A stretch of 64,000 bases of DNA, from assembly GCF_006345805.1 (NCBI RefSeq), contig NC_042998.1, positions 107,942,001 to 108,006,000 of the forward strand, written 5' to 3'. The notes under the pieces are model-generated. The model did not search any database and was not told where the DNA came from. It was given only the letters and a program-made list of their open reading frames with translations. The DNA comes from Octopus sinensis. Lineage: Eukaryota. Positions 39,909-53,227 of this stretch are shown piece after piece (position 1 is the first letter of the stretch; the number at the start of each line of letters is the position of its first letter). Both the position numbers and the translations under genes were made by a program.

Positions 39909-41545
39909 TAGAAGAAAACATAGTGTGCTCCATTTCTAATCTGGTTGCAATCATCAGCTGAGCACTGTGCTTTGACAAGATTTTGGCCCATCAAGCTCAG
40001 TATCTCTTCACATGGTGGGTCCGCAACAGCTGGACGTATTGCATTGCAACTAGACTCATGACAGTTCTGTGGCCTTGTCTGCATTCATAAACCTTCTGGT
40101 AATCTAAGCACTACCCTCAACTGCTTATCCTCACGTTCCTTGATGGTCTTCTTAACAGCAGACACACCAGCCACCTTCAGAAACCTTCTGAGAGAAGCTG
40201 CTGGGAAACCCCTGCAGCCAACCTCGAACGCAACCAGCTCACAGATATAACCCTTCTCCCAAATTTCAGCTACCAGCTCTTCATAGCCCAACAGCTTTTG
40301 CTCATGGGCCTCAGCTACCAAAACCAGGTCAAGTTGGAGTGCTGACACAATGATGTTTTCAGGCAATGGCTTGTCTATGAACACCTCTCATATTCTGTCT
40401 TTCGCCTGCTGAGGTTTCTATTTCTTTGGCCTCACACCTTGTTTCACAAATGCTGTCTTGTTTAGCACTAAGTTATCTCTAAATATATACCATCCAGACT
40501 GGAGTGCTTTGGGGCAAGCTGACAGCATGTGTTTGAGGCTGCCGACACTTCCCACAAAAGTGGCACTGTGCACTCTCTTGGATACCCCATTTTTTGAGAT
40601 TTGCTGGAGATGGATGCACATCATGTGCAGTCTGGATCAAAGCTTTCAAATGCCTTGCACTTAACAGCCTCTTGCAACGTTGATATTATCCTGCACAATG
40701 GTGAGATCATCCATGAACGCTCTCGGTTTTACTTCTCATTGGTTGAAACTGTGCTCAGGCTTTAAGCCCCCCAGTATGACCTCCATAACCATCACAAAGA
40801 GGATTAGGGAGATGGCACAACCCTTTGATATCCCCTTTTCTAGACCAATGTATTCAGTGGAGTACTTTGCAGTAGTGAACATGAACTGGTCAAAGTATGT
40901 AGATAGAATGTGTTGGAGTTTCTGGGGCACATAGAAGAACTCCAGGCTTCCCGTATCATGCTATGAAGCACAGAACCATATGCAATTGCTAGGTCCAGCC
41001 ATACAAAATGCAGCTCCTTACACAATGCTTTCTTCTCTTTGATCTTAGCCCAAATCATTGAGACATGCTCAAGGCATCCTGGGAACCCTGGGACACCTGA
41101 TTTCTGTATACTAGTGTCCACAAAGCCATTGACAAGCAAGTAAGTAGTGAGTCACTTTGCAAATACAGTGAAGAAGATTTTTCCCTCAACACAGCAAAGA
41201 GCGTCACTGAGTCTTCCTCTTAGAGTATGTAAATCCCATCAACTCTACACAAACACTCAGGAACTTTACCACACCTCCATATCTTAACCAGCGATTGCCA
41301 CAAACACCTCAGTAACTTTGGACAGTTGTTGTACACAGTATATGTCACCTTATTAGGGCCAACAGCAAAACCAGCCCTTGCTTTGTGCACTACCTCCTGA
41401 ACTTCCCTGAATTTGACCATGGAAGTATCAAACCCTGCACCTGGAGTGGCGATTCTGTTCAGCCCTGGTAAATGTTTAAACTCACCTCCTCTGTTGGCAT
41501 CAGAATAAGTTTGCTTGAGATGGCTTTCCAACTCTTTGTGACCAC
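39905..41545 (-). mobile_element. RLE-type non-LTR retrotransposon (Hero/NeSL-like), truncated and internally deleted
   Basis: RT motifs QKSGVPGFPGCLEH, WLDLAIAYGSV, GCAISLILF, FMDDL; Zn-knuckle CHFCG..SLKHMLSAC; restriction-like endonuclease tail EAHEQK...FEVGCRGF. Confidence 0.85.
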
Positions 41546-41557
41546 TATATATATATA

Positions 41558-41742
41558 GTGAGAATTTACAAAAAAAGAAAAAAAAGAGGGGGTGTAAATA
41601 GCAAACAGATGTATTAGTTTAACACTCAGGAAGTGAGAAAGTCTTTTACGTTTTGAGCCTATGCTCTTCGACAGAAAGGAACACAGAAATAAACAGGGAG
41701 AGAAAATAGAAAAGGTTTAGTGGCTAGCAGTCTATCATGGCA
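41558..41742 (-). mobile_element. Penelope-type terminal repeat with hammerhead-like motif (copy 2)
   Basis: Reverse complement aligns to 36107-36295; core CTTT-CTGTCGA-A-GAGC-ATAG-GCTC-AAAAC-GTA-AAAG. Confidence 0.6.
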
Positions 41743-41989
41743 TATATAGTGTATATATATGGTGTGAATAGAGGTTATGAGAGGTAATGGTGTCAACAAG
41801 ACCCAAAGGTGTCAGGTAATGCTGAGTAAGTGCTATGGATAAACCATAGTTAAGCTCCAGGTTCAGTGATTATATGAATAAAGAGTCCAACGTAGGTCAT
41901 ATATCAGCATGTGTGTATATAAAAAATTTTTTTTCAGAATGAGATAAAAAACCAAGGCTGTGAAGATTTTAGAACATTTATAAATAGAA

Positions 41990-42039
41990 GGTCTTACAGT
42001 TGTTTCCAGGATATTTATTATATCTCTTCATTGGAGATG
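41990..42039 (-). ncRNA. Degenerate hammerhead-like motif (Penelope-type)
   Basis: Minus strand TCT-CCAATGA-AGAGATAT-aataa-ATATCCTG-GAAAC-AACT-GTA-AGA; stems are recognisable but the core is mutated. Confidence 0.4.
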
Positions 42040-43092
42040 ACGTGAGAAAATGGCTAGGCAATAGTTAATTTAAATAAGATACAAAATAGAGAGTGAAGTG
42101 GAGGAATGACAATAGATGTGAGATATGCAGGGATATTGCATTTGTAGATCCATTTTTTAGGCAGAATGGTATACATATATGATTCCAATACCTTGTGAGT
42201 AAATTCCAGTAGTATTTAAAATTGGTCATTCCAAGTATAGAGTTTGTACACAGTGCTATTGAAACGTGGGTTTTATTTAAAGTGACCTAAAAGTAGGGAA
42301 AAACACTAGGCATTAGGAAGGGCAATCAGATGTAGAAACCAAGCCAAAGTCAGATTGGAACCTGGTGCAGCTCTCCAGCTTACTAGTTCTAGTCAAATTA
42401 TCTAACCCATGGCAGCATGGAAAGCAAACGTTTGCCAGAACTATTTCTCTATTAGTTTTTGACTTAACCCATCAGTCTGATGTCTCTAGAATCACTTCTT
42501 TCTAAGGCATTTATTTTGACATTGAGCAGCCTACAATGTAACAAAGTGGAGTGTGTAGGAGAATAATGATGAGTAAAACAGAAAACAATAACCATCATAG
42601 ATAAAGGTGGGTGGATGTTTCCCCTTCTCATCACTCATCAGCTGAAGCCCACCATTTTCTCACAGTATCTTTTTAAGACATCAAACGTCTGGAATTTAAT
42701 CCTCATCAATAACTTCCCTGTGAACACCATCATATAGTCCTGATTAAACCATTAAAAATTAATCCTAATGCTGTTTAGTATTATTAAAAATCAGTTCAAT
42801 AAAGAGTTGAAGCAGAATAATTTTAGTATGCAAGCAGAGCAATATTCTCCATTTACCATATTTCTGTTCAAATACATTGTATTTGTTTTAATATATTTGG
42901 AAAATAATTTAGTAAAATAACTTTGTCCTTATTAAGCTGGTGTTTGAAACATAAATTAGCATGGAATTTTGATGGAAGGCTTTAATTATATCAGTTTAAA
43001 TCAAGAAGTTTGTAACAGAATCAAGGGCAATCTCAACCTGGTTTGTATCAAAATGGTTAAATCTGTAATAATTCTAAAAACCATTTCTTTAC

Positions 43093-43254
43093 CTCTTTAG
43101 TTAATTCTTCAATCCTGACTTTGTCATTTTTTTTAAGTGAGACACCAGATTCGACTTCAATCTTTAACTGCAAAGTTTCTTCTTCAAGTTGTTTAAATTT
43201 TGATCTCAGTCGACATAATTCTTTAGCACATTGTGTATAGTTTGTCTGTGAGTC
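43093..43254 (-). CDS. CCDC171: CCDC171-like exon (phase 0/0)
   Basis: Acceptor tttttcaag|GAC and donor GAG|gtaaag. 162 nt: DSQTNYTQCAKELCRLRSKFKQLEEETLQLKIEVESGVSLKKNDKVRIEELTKE. Confidence 0.8.
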
Positions 43255-45471
43255 CTTGAAAAATATATAAAATTAATAAAAATGTTATATATCTGCATTT
43301 CCCAGATGATTTATTAAATATTTAAGTAATTAAAAAATTTTTGTATGTTTCCTACTGCACAGGAGTTTAATTGGTTTATTCCTATATCTGAATATTTATA
43401 TTATTCCTGGTGAGATTTGAATTCAAACAAAGGATATTGGCATCCGTATCCACTAAGCTAATGGTACATGTTCAATTTCTAGACTTATGTTCAAGTTTTC
43501 AGTAACTACTTGAGCATCAGGAGTGAAATTCCCTACCTTTAAGACCTTGTTATATATCATAAAGCAATGCATTATAACTCTTATGGAAACACATTCAACA
43601 ACAAACAAAACAGATGTAGAATTATACATACCAAAGTATGCTATTGGACCAACAAGAAAGAAAGTAGTCAAGGCAGAGTTGTAGTGTGTATTTATGAAGA
43701 TGTCACACTTGTAGCTGTTGCATCAGACTATACTTGTAACACACTAAAAGTACATATTAGGTAACTAAACACACAGATAAATAGAACATGTCTCTCACCA
43801 GATGACTCTAATCCTGGTATTTGTGAGGAGTCTTAGAAAGATAGAAAAATATCAGTGAAAATAAATCACTAAACTACCGTTTTCCTTTTGAGAGACTTCA
43901 GTTTTACCAACATCAAATTATGTCAGGATCACAGTCTGTCTGAGAAGTATTACATGACTGAAGATGATCAGAATCTTAAACTAATCAATATACTGTTCAG
44001 AGAACAAATGATTCTCTATCCAGCAAGACACACTCTACATCACTGCTTCAAATTTAATGTAGAGCCTGTCCACAATATGAAATGACTTATACAATCTATG
44101 ATTCTAAGCAGAATTAACAATGTATGGCACCTTACATGAACCAATCCAGCCAGAATTTCCACAAGTTAGACTGAAAATTATTTGAGAAAACAATCTACAG
44201 GATTTCCATGCAAGACAACATGGAACTGAAGCAATTATTAAAAATACATTGAATATATCCCAGAAAAGATTCTGACATGAAGATCAGAAGTCTCAAATTG
44301 CTAAAAACTAACTGAAGACTGCTATCCGTAGAAATACAAAATGAGAGAATAGAGACAGAAATCAAAGCTGAGAAATCAAACACCTACCAAACAGTGGTTT
44401 ATAAATTTCTGAAAGTAACGGTATGAGTGACCCTTAAAAATCCCATTATTTGATAGAAACACATCACTTAATACAGACCCTCAAAAGTTTAGTGGAATAT
44501 TGGATAAAGTATTCAATGAACACACTGTTTTCACAACCAAATAGATAAACTACATGAGTCCTACAGCACTGCAATTGTGTATTGGAATAAAGGATATATT
44601 TGCAATAGATAAGATGAGACTGAATTGAGCAACAGGCCCAGTAAAGAATTCAGTAAAAGATGAAAAGATAAAGCATAGTTTGTTGATATTCATAGAAGAG
44701 ACACCTGGAGGAAGTATAGTCTCCTGCAACAATAAAAGAAGAGTGTATGAGCACTATTTCCCTTTGGCGGAACTGTTATCCATCTATGTGTGATTTGGTT
44801 AGTGTAGCCAACCGCTTTACCTCATGCATAGATACACACTGCTGCTTTTTACAAAGTTACGGGAAAATTTTAACCAGTCCCAGCCAAACCTCCAAGAAAG
44901 TCAGATGCAATTTGTCATGTTGCTGTCGGAGCTCAACTCCGCCATGTGGACTATATTGAAGGAAAAAATACTCTAGAACTAAATAACTATTTATGGACTG
45001 TTTGAACATTTATCCTGTTCACATTTTACAATATACAGTAACAGTGTTACATGTTTATTATGCTGCATACACTGTCTCGATTTGACCCTACAATGAGTAG
45101 CTTGAACTCTTCTATTCACTTAGGACACTGTTATATCATACCTCTGAATGCTACACCTTGTATACTGTCAAGCAAACCTTGATTTAATGCTATTGTCATT
45201 TCCTCTTATAACAAATTACTATGTTCTATTACACCTTCTGAACATTGTCTATTATTGCATTACAAGGTATTATACTACTGCTGTTATAAAATGTTATTTT
45301 AGTGCCTCTTCACTACAAGAGTAATACTACAGAGTCCAAATGAAAATTTATACAAGCAATGCACAGCTAAAATCAAGCAGAGAGTGGAGTGTAAAGAAAG
45401 CACAATGCCTGAGTAAGGAAGAACCTAACTAGTAACATCAGCAGTAAAACATTGGGTGAGCTTGTAAATGA

Positions 45472-45510
<39 letters not shown>
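45472..45510. repeat. (CT)n microsatellite
   Basis: Seen directly. Confidence 0.95.
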
Positions 45511-45513
<3 letters not shown>

Positions 45514-45539
45514 CCACCTTCTATCTCTCTCTGGAAGAA

Positions 45540-46900
45540 CAAAACTTCATCATCAAACATTGTGCATGTATCATACTAAGGTGGAAGATTAGTTGCTTGC
45601 ATTGCAACTGAGACATGAGGAAAAGCATGGTTGGATGAAAAGGTGAGATAAGTTGAAGTGGTAATTACAAGCGATCCAATGTTGCTTTGCAAAGAAGTAT
45701 GGCACATGAGGAAAATAGAAAGGCAGTTGGTGGTGGATAGATACAAGGTATGAGGGTAGAGGTAGAACAAACACAGAGACGCATTATCTACCACTGATAT
45801 CTGAAGAAAAACCATGAATCACTTGTGGTCTGATTACACTTCTCTGCATCCATCCATCTTCACCATTGTTTCCTATGCCCTGGTTGCAATGAAAACAAAG
45901 TTTGATTTTCAATTTCAATATGGAAACATCCTCATGGTTTGGGAAGAAAACTTGCTTGCCTTCCTAGTTCATAGTAGGGAAGAACTACAGCTCTTGCCTT
46001 ATTGATCCGTAGTCCTTTCTCTGTTCATGCACTCAACTTGGATCTTTTATCTGTTCCCATCTCTGCTGCTACACATGTCCTTTCATCCTTAAAGCCTCCA
46101 ATGTAACAGACCTAACAAACTCTTACATTCACCTCACTGTATGATTCACCTGCACTACCAGGAACATTATGTGGTTAGCTGTATGTTTGGTGAAGTGGGT
46201 CAAAAATTAATGGATCAGTTTAGGGAACATCTAGATATCTGACGAGACAATTGTGAATCACCTGTAGATTACCACTTGAACTAACATGACCATGGTTCTC
46301 AGTACCTCTTCATTGGTGATTATTTTTTGTATCCTAGGCCCACAATATACTGGTTGCAATGCAAACAATAACTAAACTTCTACCTGTGATTCTGCACTTC
46401 ATATGATTGGAACAATTGATTTGCTTTCCTCTACCGACAAACATTTACATATACACCCACACACCCCATGTTTACAAAGTATTACCAAACCAACACATAC
46501 ACATACACACACACAAACACAGAGCATCATACATGCAAATGCATAGATTTCACACACTTGTACATAGACCACACCTTCACTTCACATACATATACAATGC
46601 ACAACTACTTTTCCTGCACTGCTTTCTTACCCAACAATACCACCATCCTCTTCTTCCATCACTTCTACCTACCAACCATGACATTACTTAAAACATACAT
46701 TTCTCCTTACTTTCAAACAACAACAACAAATACAACAATGCCACTGCCCCTGCCACCACCACCACCACCACCACAACAACAAATACTAAAAATATTTTCT
46801 CTTTTACTTTTACTTTCTGTTGAAGGACAACTGTCTGAAATGTTGAACACACATTATCTTTACACTACAAAACTTTATATACTGTGTACTCTTGTTTACT
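45540..46900 (+). mobile_element. Decayed Penelope-like element (RT C-terminus, GIY-YIG endonuclease, 3' repeat)
   Basis: TTDI*RKT (cf. TDIYRKPT); FTCTTRNI...FGEVGQKLMDQFREHLDI...SPVDYHLN (cf. YIGETGRRL.DRFREH...PVA.HFN); hammerhead-like motif at 46813-46848. Confidence 0.65.
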
Positions 46901-47654
46901 GTTTTCATTTTGTTTTTATCTTTACCATTTCTTCTTCATTTTTGTTCTGTTTCTGATACTTTTACAGGGGATTATCTACCACACTGATGCAGACTGCAAT
47001 CAAGATTATCAGATTACTCTTAATTCAACTTACCCTGGATCCATTAATATATTTCCCAATATCAAACATTGCAAACTGTCTCTCTCTATGTATTTGTTTC
47101 CAATAATATATCTCCAACATCGACAAATGTACACTGTTTCTCTCTTGTTCTCTTGATGAACAATCTATTATGTTAATAGACTGTTTCAACAAGAGAGAAA
47201 GAGGGAAATGGTGTACAATGTGTGTGTGTGTGTGTATATATAAATAAAGAGAGAGAGCGGGAAGGAAGAGAGATAGATAGAAAAAGAGAGAGATATATAG
47301 AGAGAAATGTGACAAAATGTCATGCTATATATATATATATATATAAATATAAATCTATATACACACATATACATACACAAAAGCCAAGGTCCATGCAGTG
47401 TCATGGGCCAAATAAATTTCCAACTTCATGCCTAATGTAAGCCCAGAGCAATCTTTTATCTCATCACTATTTCAGTATTATGTCTCTATTGTTATGTGAG
47501 ATAATACTTTCAGTTTGAAAGAACTCTGTCTTGTGTGTGTGTGTGTATATATATATATTCCATATGCATTTCAAAACCAAGTTACCAATTTTGATGTATG
47601 GTGTATCAAAAGATTCAGTACTATTTCGGCTACAAATTAAACTTAATTTCCATT

Positions 47655-47965
47655 CACCTGTGTCGGTGGCACATAAAAACACCATCCGAGTGTGGCCGTC
47701 TGCCAGCCTCGTCTGACACCTGTGTCGGTGGCACATAAAAAACACCATCCGAGCGTGGCCGTTCGCCAGCCTTGTCTGGCACCTGTGTCGGTGGCACATA
47801 AAATCACCCACTACACTCTCGGAGTGGTTGGCGTTAGGAAGGGCATCCAGCTGTAGAAACACTGCCAGATCTGACTGGCCTGGTGCAGCCTTCGGGCTCC
47901 CCAGACCCCAGTTGAACCGTCCAACCCATGCTAGCATGGAAAACGGACGCTAAATGAATGATGAT
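47655..47965 (+). mobile_element. RTE 3'-UTR fragment with ~63-bp internal tandem repeat
   Basis: CACCTGTGTCGGTGGCACATAAAA occurs three times, then the common GGAGTGGTTGGCGTTAGGAAGGGCATCCAGC...CCCATGCTAGCATGG tail. CpGs are retained, so the copy may be young. Confidence 0.8.
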
Positions 47966-48119
47966 ATTTGCATTTCAAAAATTTAACATTATAATCTTTT
48001 CCATAAATCAGCTGTCGTAAACATTTTATATGATGATGTCACATTTTCTATGTGTGTGTACCTCAAAAGATATCAATCATCACGACACACATGTGTAGAA
48101 ACATTGGCAAATTTATTCT

Positions 48120-48885
48120 TATCTGCTTCTCCTCTGGCTAAATAAACCTGCCTCCTAGCTTCCCTTCTGGCAATCTGATACAATTCCCTGCTACCACCAT
48201 TCTTCCATCCTTCCAAGCCTGTTTCTTTTCTCTAATAGCCCTGTCAACAACATTGTTCTACCACCACATTATTTTGGGTCGAGAGGGGACTTTGCACCAT
48301 CCACAGATCTGGTCAGTGGCTCTGAGCAGGTTGTCCTATAGAAACCTCCATTTGTCTTCTACACCGTGTGAAGCTATATCCCCCTCTATTTCGTCAAAGG
48401 TTTTGAGTAATATGTCTCTAAATCTCTGTCCATTCGCAGGATCTTTAAGCTTCCAGACCCTTCTCTCCATGCTGGTCGTCTTCTGGGCATCCACTTAGCC
48501 CTGATCCTAAAGTCACTAACTACCAGTCTATGTTGTAAGGTACATTCTTCGCCTGGGAAGGTTTTGGCATTTATAAGCAGCCATCTTTCCCTTTTTCTGG
48601 CGAGGATGTAGTCAATTTGGTTAGTGTGTCTGCCAGAAAGGTAGGTGACTAGGTGACTGGCAGGTTTCCTGAAGTTAGTATTGCAAACCATAAGATCATT
48701 TGCATCGCAGAACTCTAGCAGTCTGGTTCCCTCCTTGTTGCGGGAACCAAAACTGTAGCCTCCATGTACACCATGGAAGCCCCCTGTATGTTGTCCAATA
48801 TGTCCATTGAAGTCACCAGCCACAAAAAGAAGGTCCCTGTCATTTGTCAACGTGTTTATCTGCAAGAGGGTATCATAGAATCGGT
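48120..48885 (-). mobile_element. RTE LINE fragment, apurinic-endonuclease domain
   Basis: AGDFNGHIG, NKEGTRLLEFC, TNQIDYIL, QHRLVV. Confidence 0.9.
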
Positions 48886-48886
48886 C

Positions 48887-50365
48887 ATTATAGTTACTAA
48901 GGAATTTATATACAATTATAAATATTTAGGGGTGAAAAACGTATTCGTACAGAACATAAATAACTGATAATTCTGATTTAATACTTCGTAGCATAACCAT
49001 TATTCAGTCCCACTTCAACCAATCTTGTCTTGTAGTTCTTAATCAATGACTCACATGTTTCTTTAGGAATTTTTTCCCATTCTCCTTGACAAATTTTCTT
49101 CAAATCTGCAATGCACATTGGGGCTCTTGAATGAATTTTAATTTTAAAATAATGCCACAAATTTTCACTGGGGTTCAAGTCAGGTGACTCACTTAGCCAT
49201 TCTAATAATTTTATATTGTGATCGACAATCCATTTTTTGGTAGACTTTGCCGTGTGCTTAGGGTTGTTATCCTGTTTTAAAACCCACCCTTCACAAAGCT
49301 GGAGCTTTTCTGCAGAGTCCCATAAATTATTGTTAAAAATATTTTGGTACATCTCTGCATTCATTCTACCATCTATCACATGTAAATTGCCAGTACCATT
49401 TGCAGATAAACACCCCAACACCATGATGTTTCCACCTCCAAACTTCATGGTAGGAATTGTGTTTTTCGGCGAATAGGCAGTACCATCTTTCCTCCAAACA
49501 TGGCTACACAAATTTCTTCCAAACAATTCAATTTTCGACTCGTCTGTCCATAGAACATTTTCCCAGAATGTATCAGGTTTATCTTTATGTTCATAAACAA
49601 ATTTTAAACGGGCATCTCTATGCCTTTTAGTCAACAGCGGAGTTTTTCTAGTAGAGTGTAACTTCAGTTCATTCCTATGAAGTTCATTGCTGATTGTTCA
49701 TAGAGTAACACTAGTCCCTGAAGCTAACAAATCTTCTTACAACTCCTTTCTGGTGATCATTGTGTTTTTTTCGATTCTTCACTTCATTTTTCTTAAAGAT
49801 CTAGGGGAAATCTTGCATGGTGCACTGGATCATATTCTGTTTTCAACAGTTCCTGATTTTTTATATCTTTGAATAAATGAAGAAGTGGTAGAAAATGGAA
49901 TATAAAGGGTCTCTGATATTTTCCTGTAATTTTTACCTGCTTTCCACTGTTCAATAATTAAGTTTTTCACTGTATTTGTGAGTTCTTTACTTTTCGCCAT
50001 TATTACAGTAGTACTTTATGTTGTCTCAGTGCTGAATGAAGAAGCTAGCATTTTGACACTTAAAAATGACAACTGATAAGATTATTGGAACAAATGAGAA
50101 AGTTCTAGTAAAAAAATATTATTTTAACAGTATTTTGTGGCATAAAAAAATCATAAATTTATTCTGTACGAATACTTTTTTCACCCCTAAATATTTATGA
50201 TTGTATATAAATTCCTTAGTTACTATAATTTATTAGTTTCTTTTGCATATTCTTAGTTTATGCATGCATGTGTATGCAAATATAGTATTGGTATATCCCA
50301 TTTATGTTCATTAGAAATTAGATAAATAAAGAATTTTGACATATACGAATATTTATTTCCCCCCA

Positions 50366-50368
<3 letters not shown>
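48887..50368 (-). mobile_element. Tc1 (DD34E) IR/DR-type transposon, one end truncated
   Basis: Right TIR starts TA-CAGTGGGGGG with outer and inner direct repeats. The left TIR retains only the inner ~75 bp (48887-48960 pairs with 50158-50228). Confidence 0.92.
48978..50000 (-). pseudogene. Tc1 transposase pseudogene (~340 codons, in-frame stops in the N-terminal third)
   Basis: MAKSKEL start; WTDESKIE, QDNNPKH and SPDLNPSENLW with 34 residues between the second D and E. Confidence 0.9.
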
Positions 50369-50402
<34 letters not shown>

Positions 50403-50509
50403 CATTTTTTTAGTTTCCACTAAGAGCTGTGGCCATGCTGGAGCACCGCCATTTTGCTACAGTAATATGTGGCACTTGGTGAAGAATGGAACTTGATGTA
50501 GCAACCTTC

Positions 50510-51640
50510 ATTTGCACCTCTTGCCGTGAGGTAGGTTCATCTGGGACTCTCTACAGGTAGAGGTCCAGCCTTGATTTAAAAACCCCGAACTCTACTTTTT
50601 GCAGGTTCCTCAGGCTCTTTGGGAGAATATTAAAAAGTTGTAGGCCCCTGAAACCCAGGCTGTGCAGTAACTGGTCCTGAAGCATGATGGCATTGCTGGG
50701 ATCTTTGGCACTGTGCATTGTCGCCCTGTTCTGGCATTGGTGTAGCTGTCATTGCCAAAATTTGGCACAATTCCTTCCAGGATCTTCCAGATGTATATTA
50801 CTGCATAACTCTCCCGCCTTCACTCCAGGGAGTAGAGTCTTAGCTGTTTCAGCCTTTCCCAGTAGCTGAGCTGTTGCAAAGAGATGATCTTTGTGAAGCT
50901 TCACTGGATTGCTTCAAGGTCTGCTGTTAATTTTACACTGTTGGATTACCATAGCTGGGAGCAGTAATCCAGCCAGCTGAGGATATATGTCCTCCAGTGG
51001 ACCATCATGGTTTCCTTATCTCTGGTTCTGAATGTTCTCAGGATCCATCCAGCCAGTCATCTGCACTTTGTCGCCATCCTGGTAATGTGCACTTGGAAAG
51101 AGGTATCATCACTCATGTCAATACCCAGGTTCCTCACTGATTTAGGCTCTGAGATTGTAATCCCCTGTGGACCAGTGTACCCTGTAAGTTTTAAATTCAG
51201 TTTTGGATGCTGGTAGCACAGAGTCTGGAATTTTTCGGCATTAGACTGCATATTATTGTGCTCAGCCCACCTGTAAATTGAGTCCAACTCCTGCAGCAGG
51301 TGTGCAACATCGCTGGGGTTCTGTATTTTCTGTGAGACTTTCCTATCATTTATGTAGCTAGCAAGGGTGGCTATCTGGGCAGCTGAGGGCATATCTGAGA
51401 GGGCCACTATGAAAAGCAGTGGTCCCAAGACAGAACCCTGTGGAACATCGCTCACTATTTGTGTTTCCTTTGAGATGGCTCCAAAGTCATGTAACCACTC
51501 TCCAAGTTTTCCAGCTATGCACGATCATGCAGTTTGTGGGATATCATAGCATGATCCACTTTATCAAAAGCTTTTGCAAAGTCAAGGTATATTACATCCA
51601 CATTTGAGTTGTTGAGTAACTGCCTCAACACCCAATTATT
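50510..51640 (-). mobile_element. CR1-group LINE RT and 3' fragment, decayed
   Basis: YLDFAKAFDKVDH, VPQGSVLGPLLF, degenerate YADD (YIND), RNLGIDMS, LDYCSQL. Confidence 0.8.
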
Positions 51641-51957
51641 CAAATATATGCATTCCTACTAATATAAACATTATTCTTAGTAAATAACAAGTAAAAAACC
51701 TAAATTTACTTGGTTTATCAGAGGAAAATATCACTGTAAATTAATTAAACAAATGTATAAAGCTATGATTATTATAAATTATACTATTTCTTAGATAAAA
51801 AAGATAATATATATATATAAATAAAGTAACAGAAGTTTACTTAGTTTTACAGATTTATATTAGTTTTAATTATTTGTTATATTATATTACATCTTATTAT
51901 AGTATATTACTTTATATTATAATGTAATAAATTTTTAATTGTATGAAACTATTTCCT

Positions 51958-51982
51958 TATATATATATACACATACATATAA

Positions 51983-52046
<64 letters not shown>

Positions 52047-52060
52047 TACATACATACATA
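51958..52060. repeat. (TA)n/(TACA)n microsatellite
   Basis: Seen directly. Confidence 0.95.
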
Positions 52061-53227
52061 TCTATATTTACAGACATATATACATCATCATCATTAAACT
52101 TCTGTTTCCATGCTGGCATGGGTTGGACAGTTTGACTGGGGACTGGCAAGCCAGGAGGCTGCTACAGCCTCTAATCTGATCTGGCTGGTGGCATGTAAAA
52201 AAGAACCATTCGCGTGCGCTTGATGCCAGCACAGCCCTCATGCCAGTGGCATGTAAAAAGCACCCACTACACTCTCAGAGTGGTTGGCATTAGGAAGGGC
52301 ATCCAACTGTAGAAACTTTGCCAGATCAGGTTGGAGCCTGGTGCAGCCTTCTGGCTTGCCAGCCCTCAGTCAAACCGTCCAACCCATGCAAGAATGAAAA
52401 GTGGATGTTAAACGACAATGATGATAATGATGAAGTACATAAAATACAGACTCCATATGTTTCATAGCGAGTGGAACCTCGGAAGCAGTAACTATCCAAT
52501 TGAGGTGTATACCACAGGCTACTCTTCAGGCCAAGAATATCTTGATTGCATGAAGTTATCAAGGATATCTTGATTATATGAATTTTTTTCATCTTATCGT
52601 ACTTCGATATGGGAAATATTCACAACCTTCTACGCCAATAAACCACTATTGTTCCTGAAAGTTGCTTTTTATATTTTCTACAGACTGCTTGAAGCTCACC
52701 TTCTTTCTACACCTCAATTCTTGGATTTTGCATTTATATATCTATATCTATACATATATTTTTAGGAAATACTTTCCAAAGAATATATAGCAAACAAGAA
52801 CATATTTAAAACATGTAAATTTACAAAAAAATGAACAGAAAATAGCAAAAATAAAAAGTAACAGACTATAAATATAGGGCCCAAGGAAACTAAATTGCAT
52901 GTGCAGACACACATTCACACTATTTAACATGTGTGTGTGTGTGTGTATGTGTGTGTGTGTGTGTGTGTGTGGAAGGATAGAAAATAAAGAACACATCTTA
53001 ATGTACAGCTGAAAATTTAGGTGTATGTCAGATAGAAAAAAAATCTAACGAACAAGACTAATGGAAATATTCTTCTGGTGTGCAACTTTAAAATATATAA
53101 AAGTAACCCGGAAATGAATAGTATGGCAGTGATCTCTTTGAAATGAAATACGTGCAGTGAAGAAAGTCTTCTTCAAAAGTTAAGGTAAAACAGAATCAGG
53201 AAAGAAAAAAGGTTCCAGCATATTTAC

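Noticed and set aside
52445-52495. Possible hammerhead remnant (minus CCGAGG...GAAACATATG)
   Set aside because: There is no convincing stem II or core; too degenerate to support.
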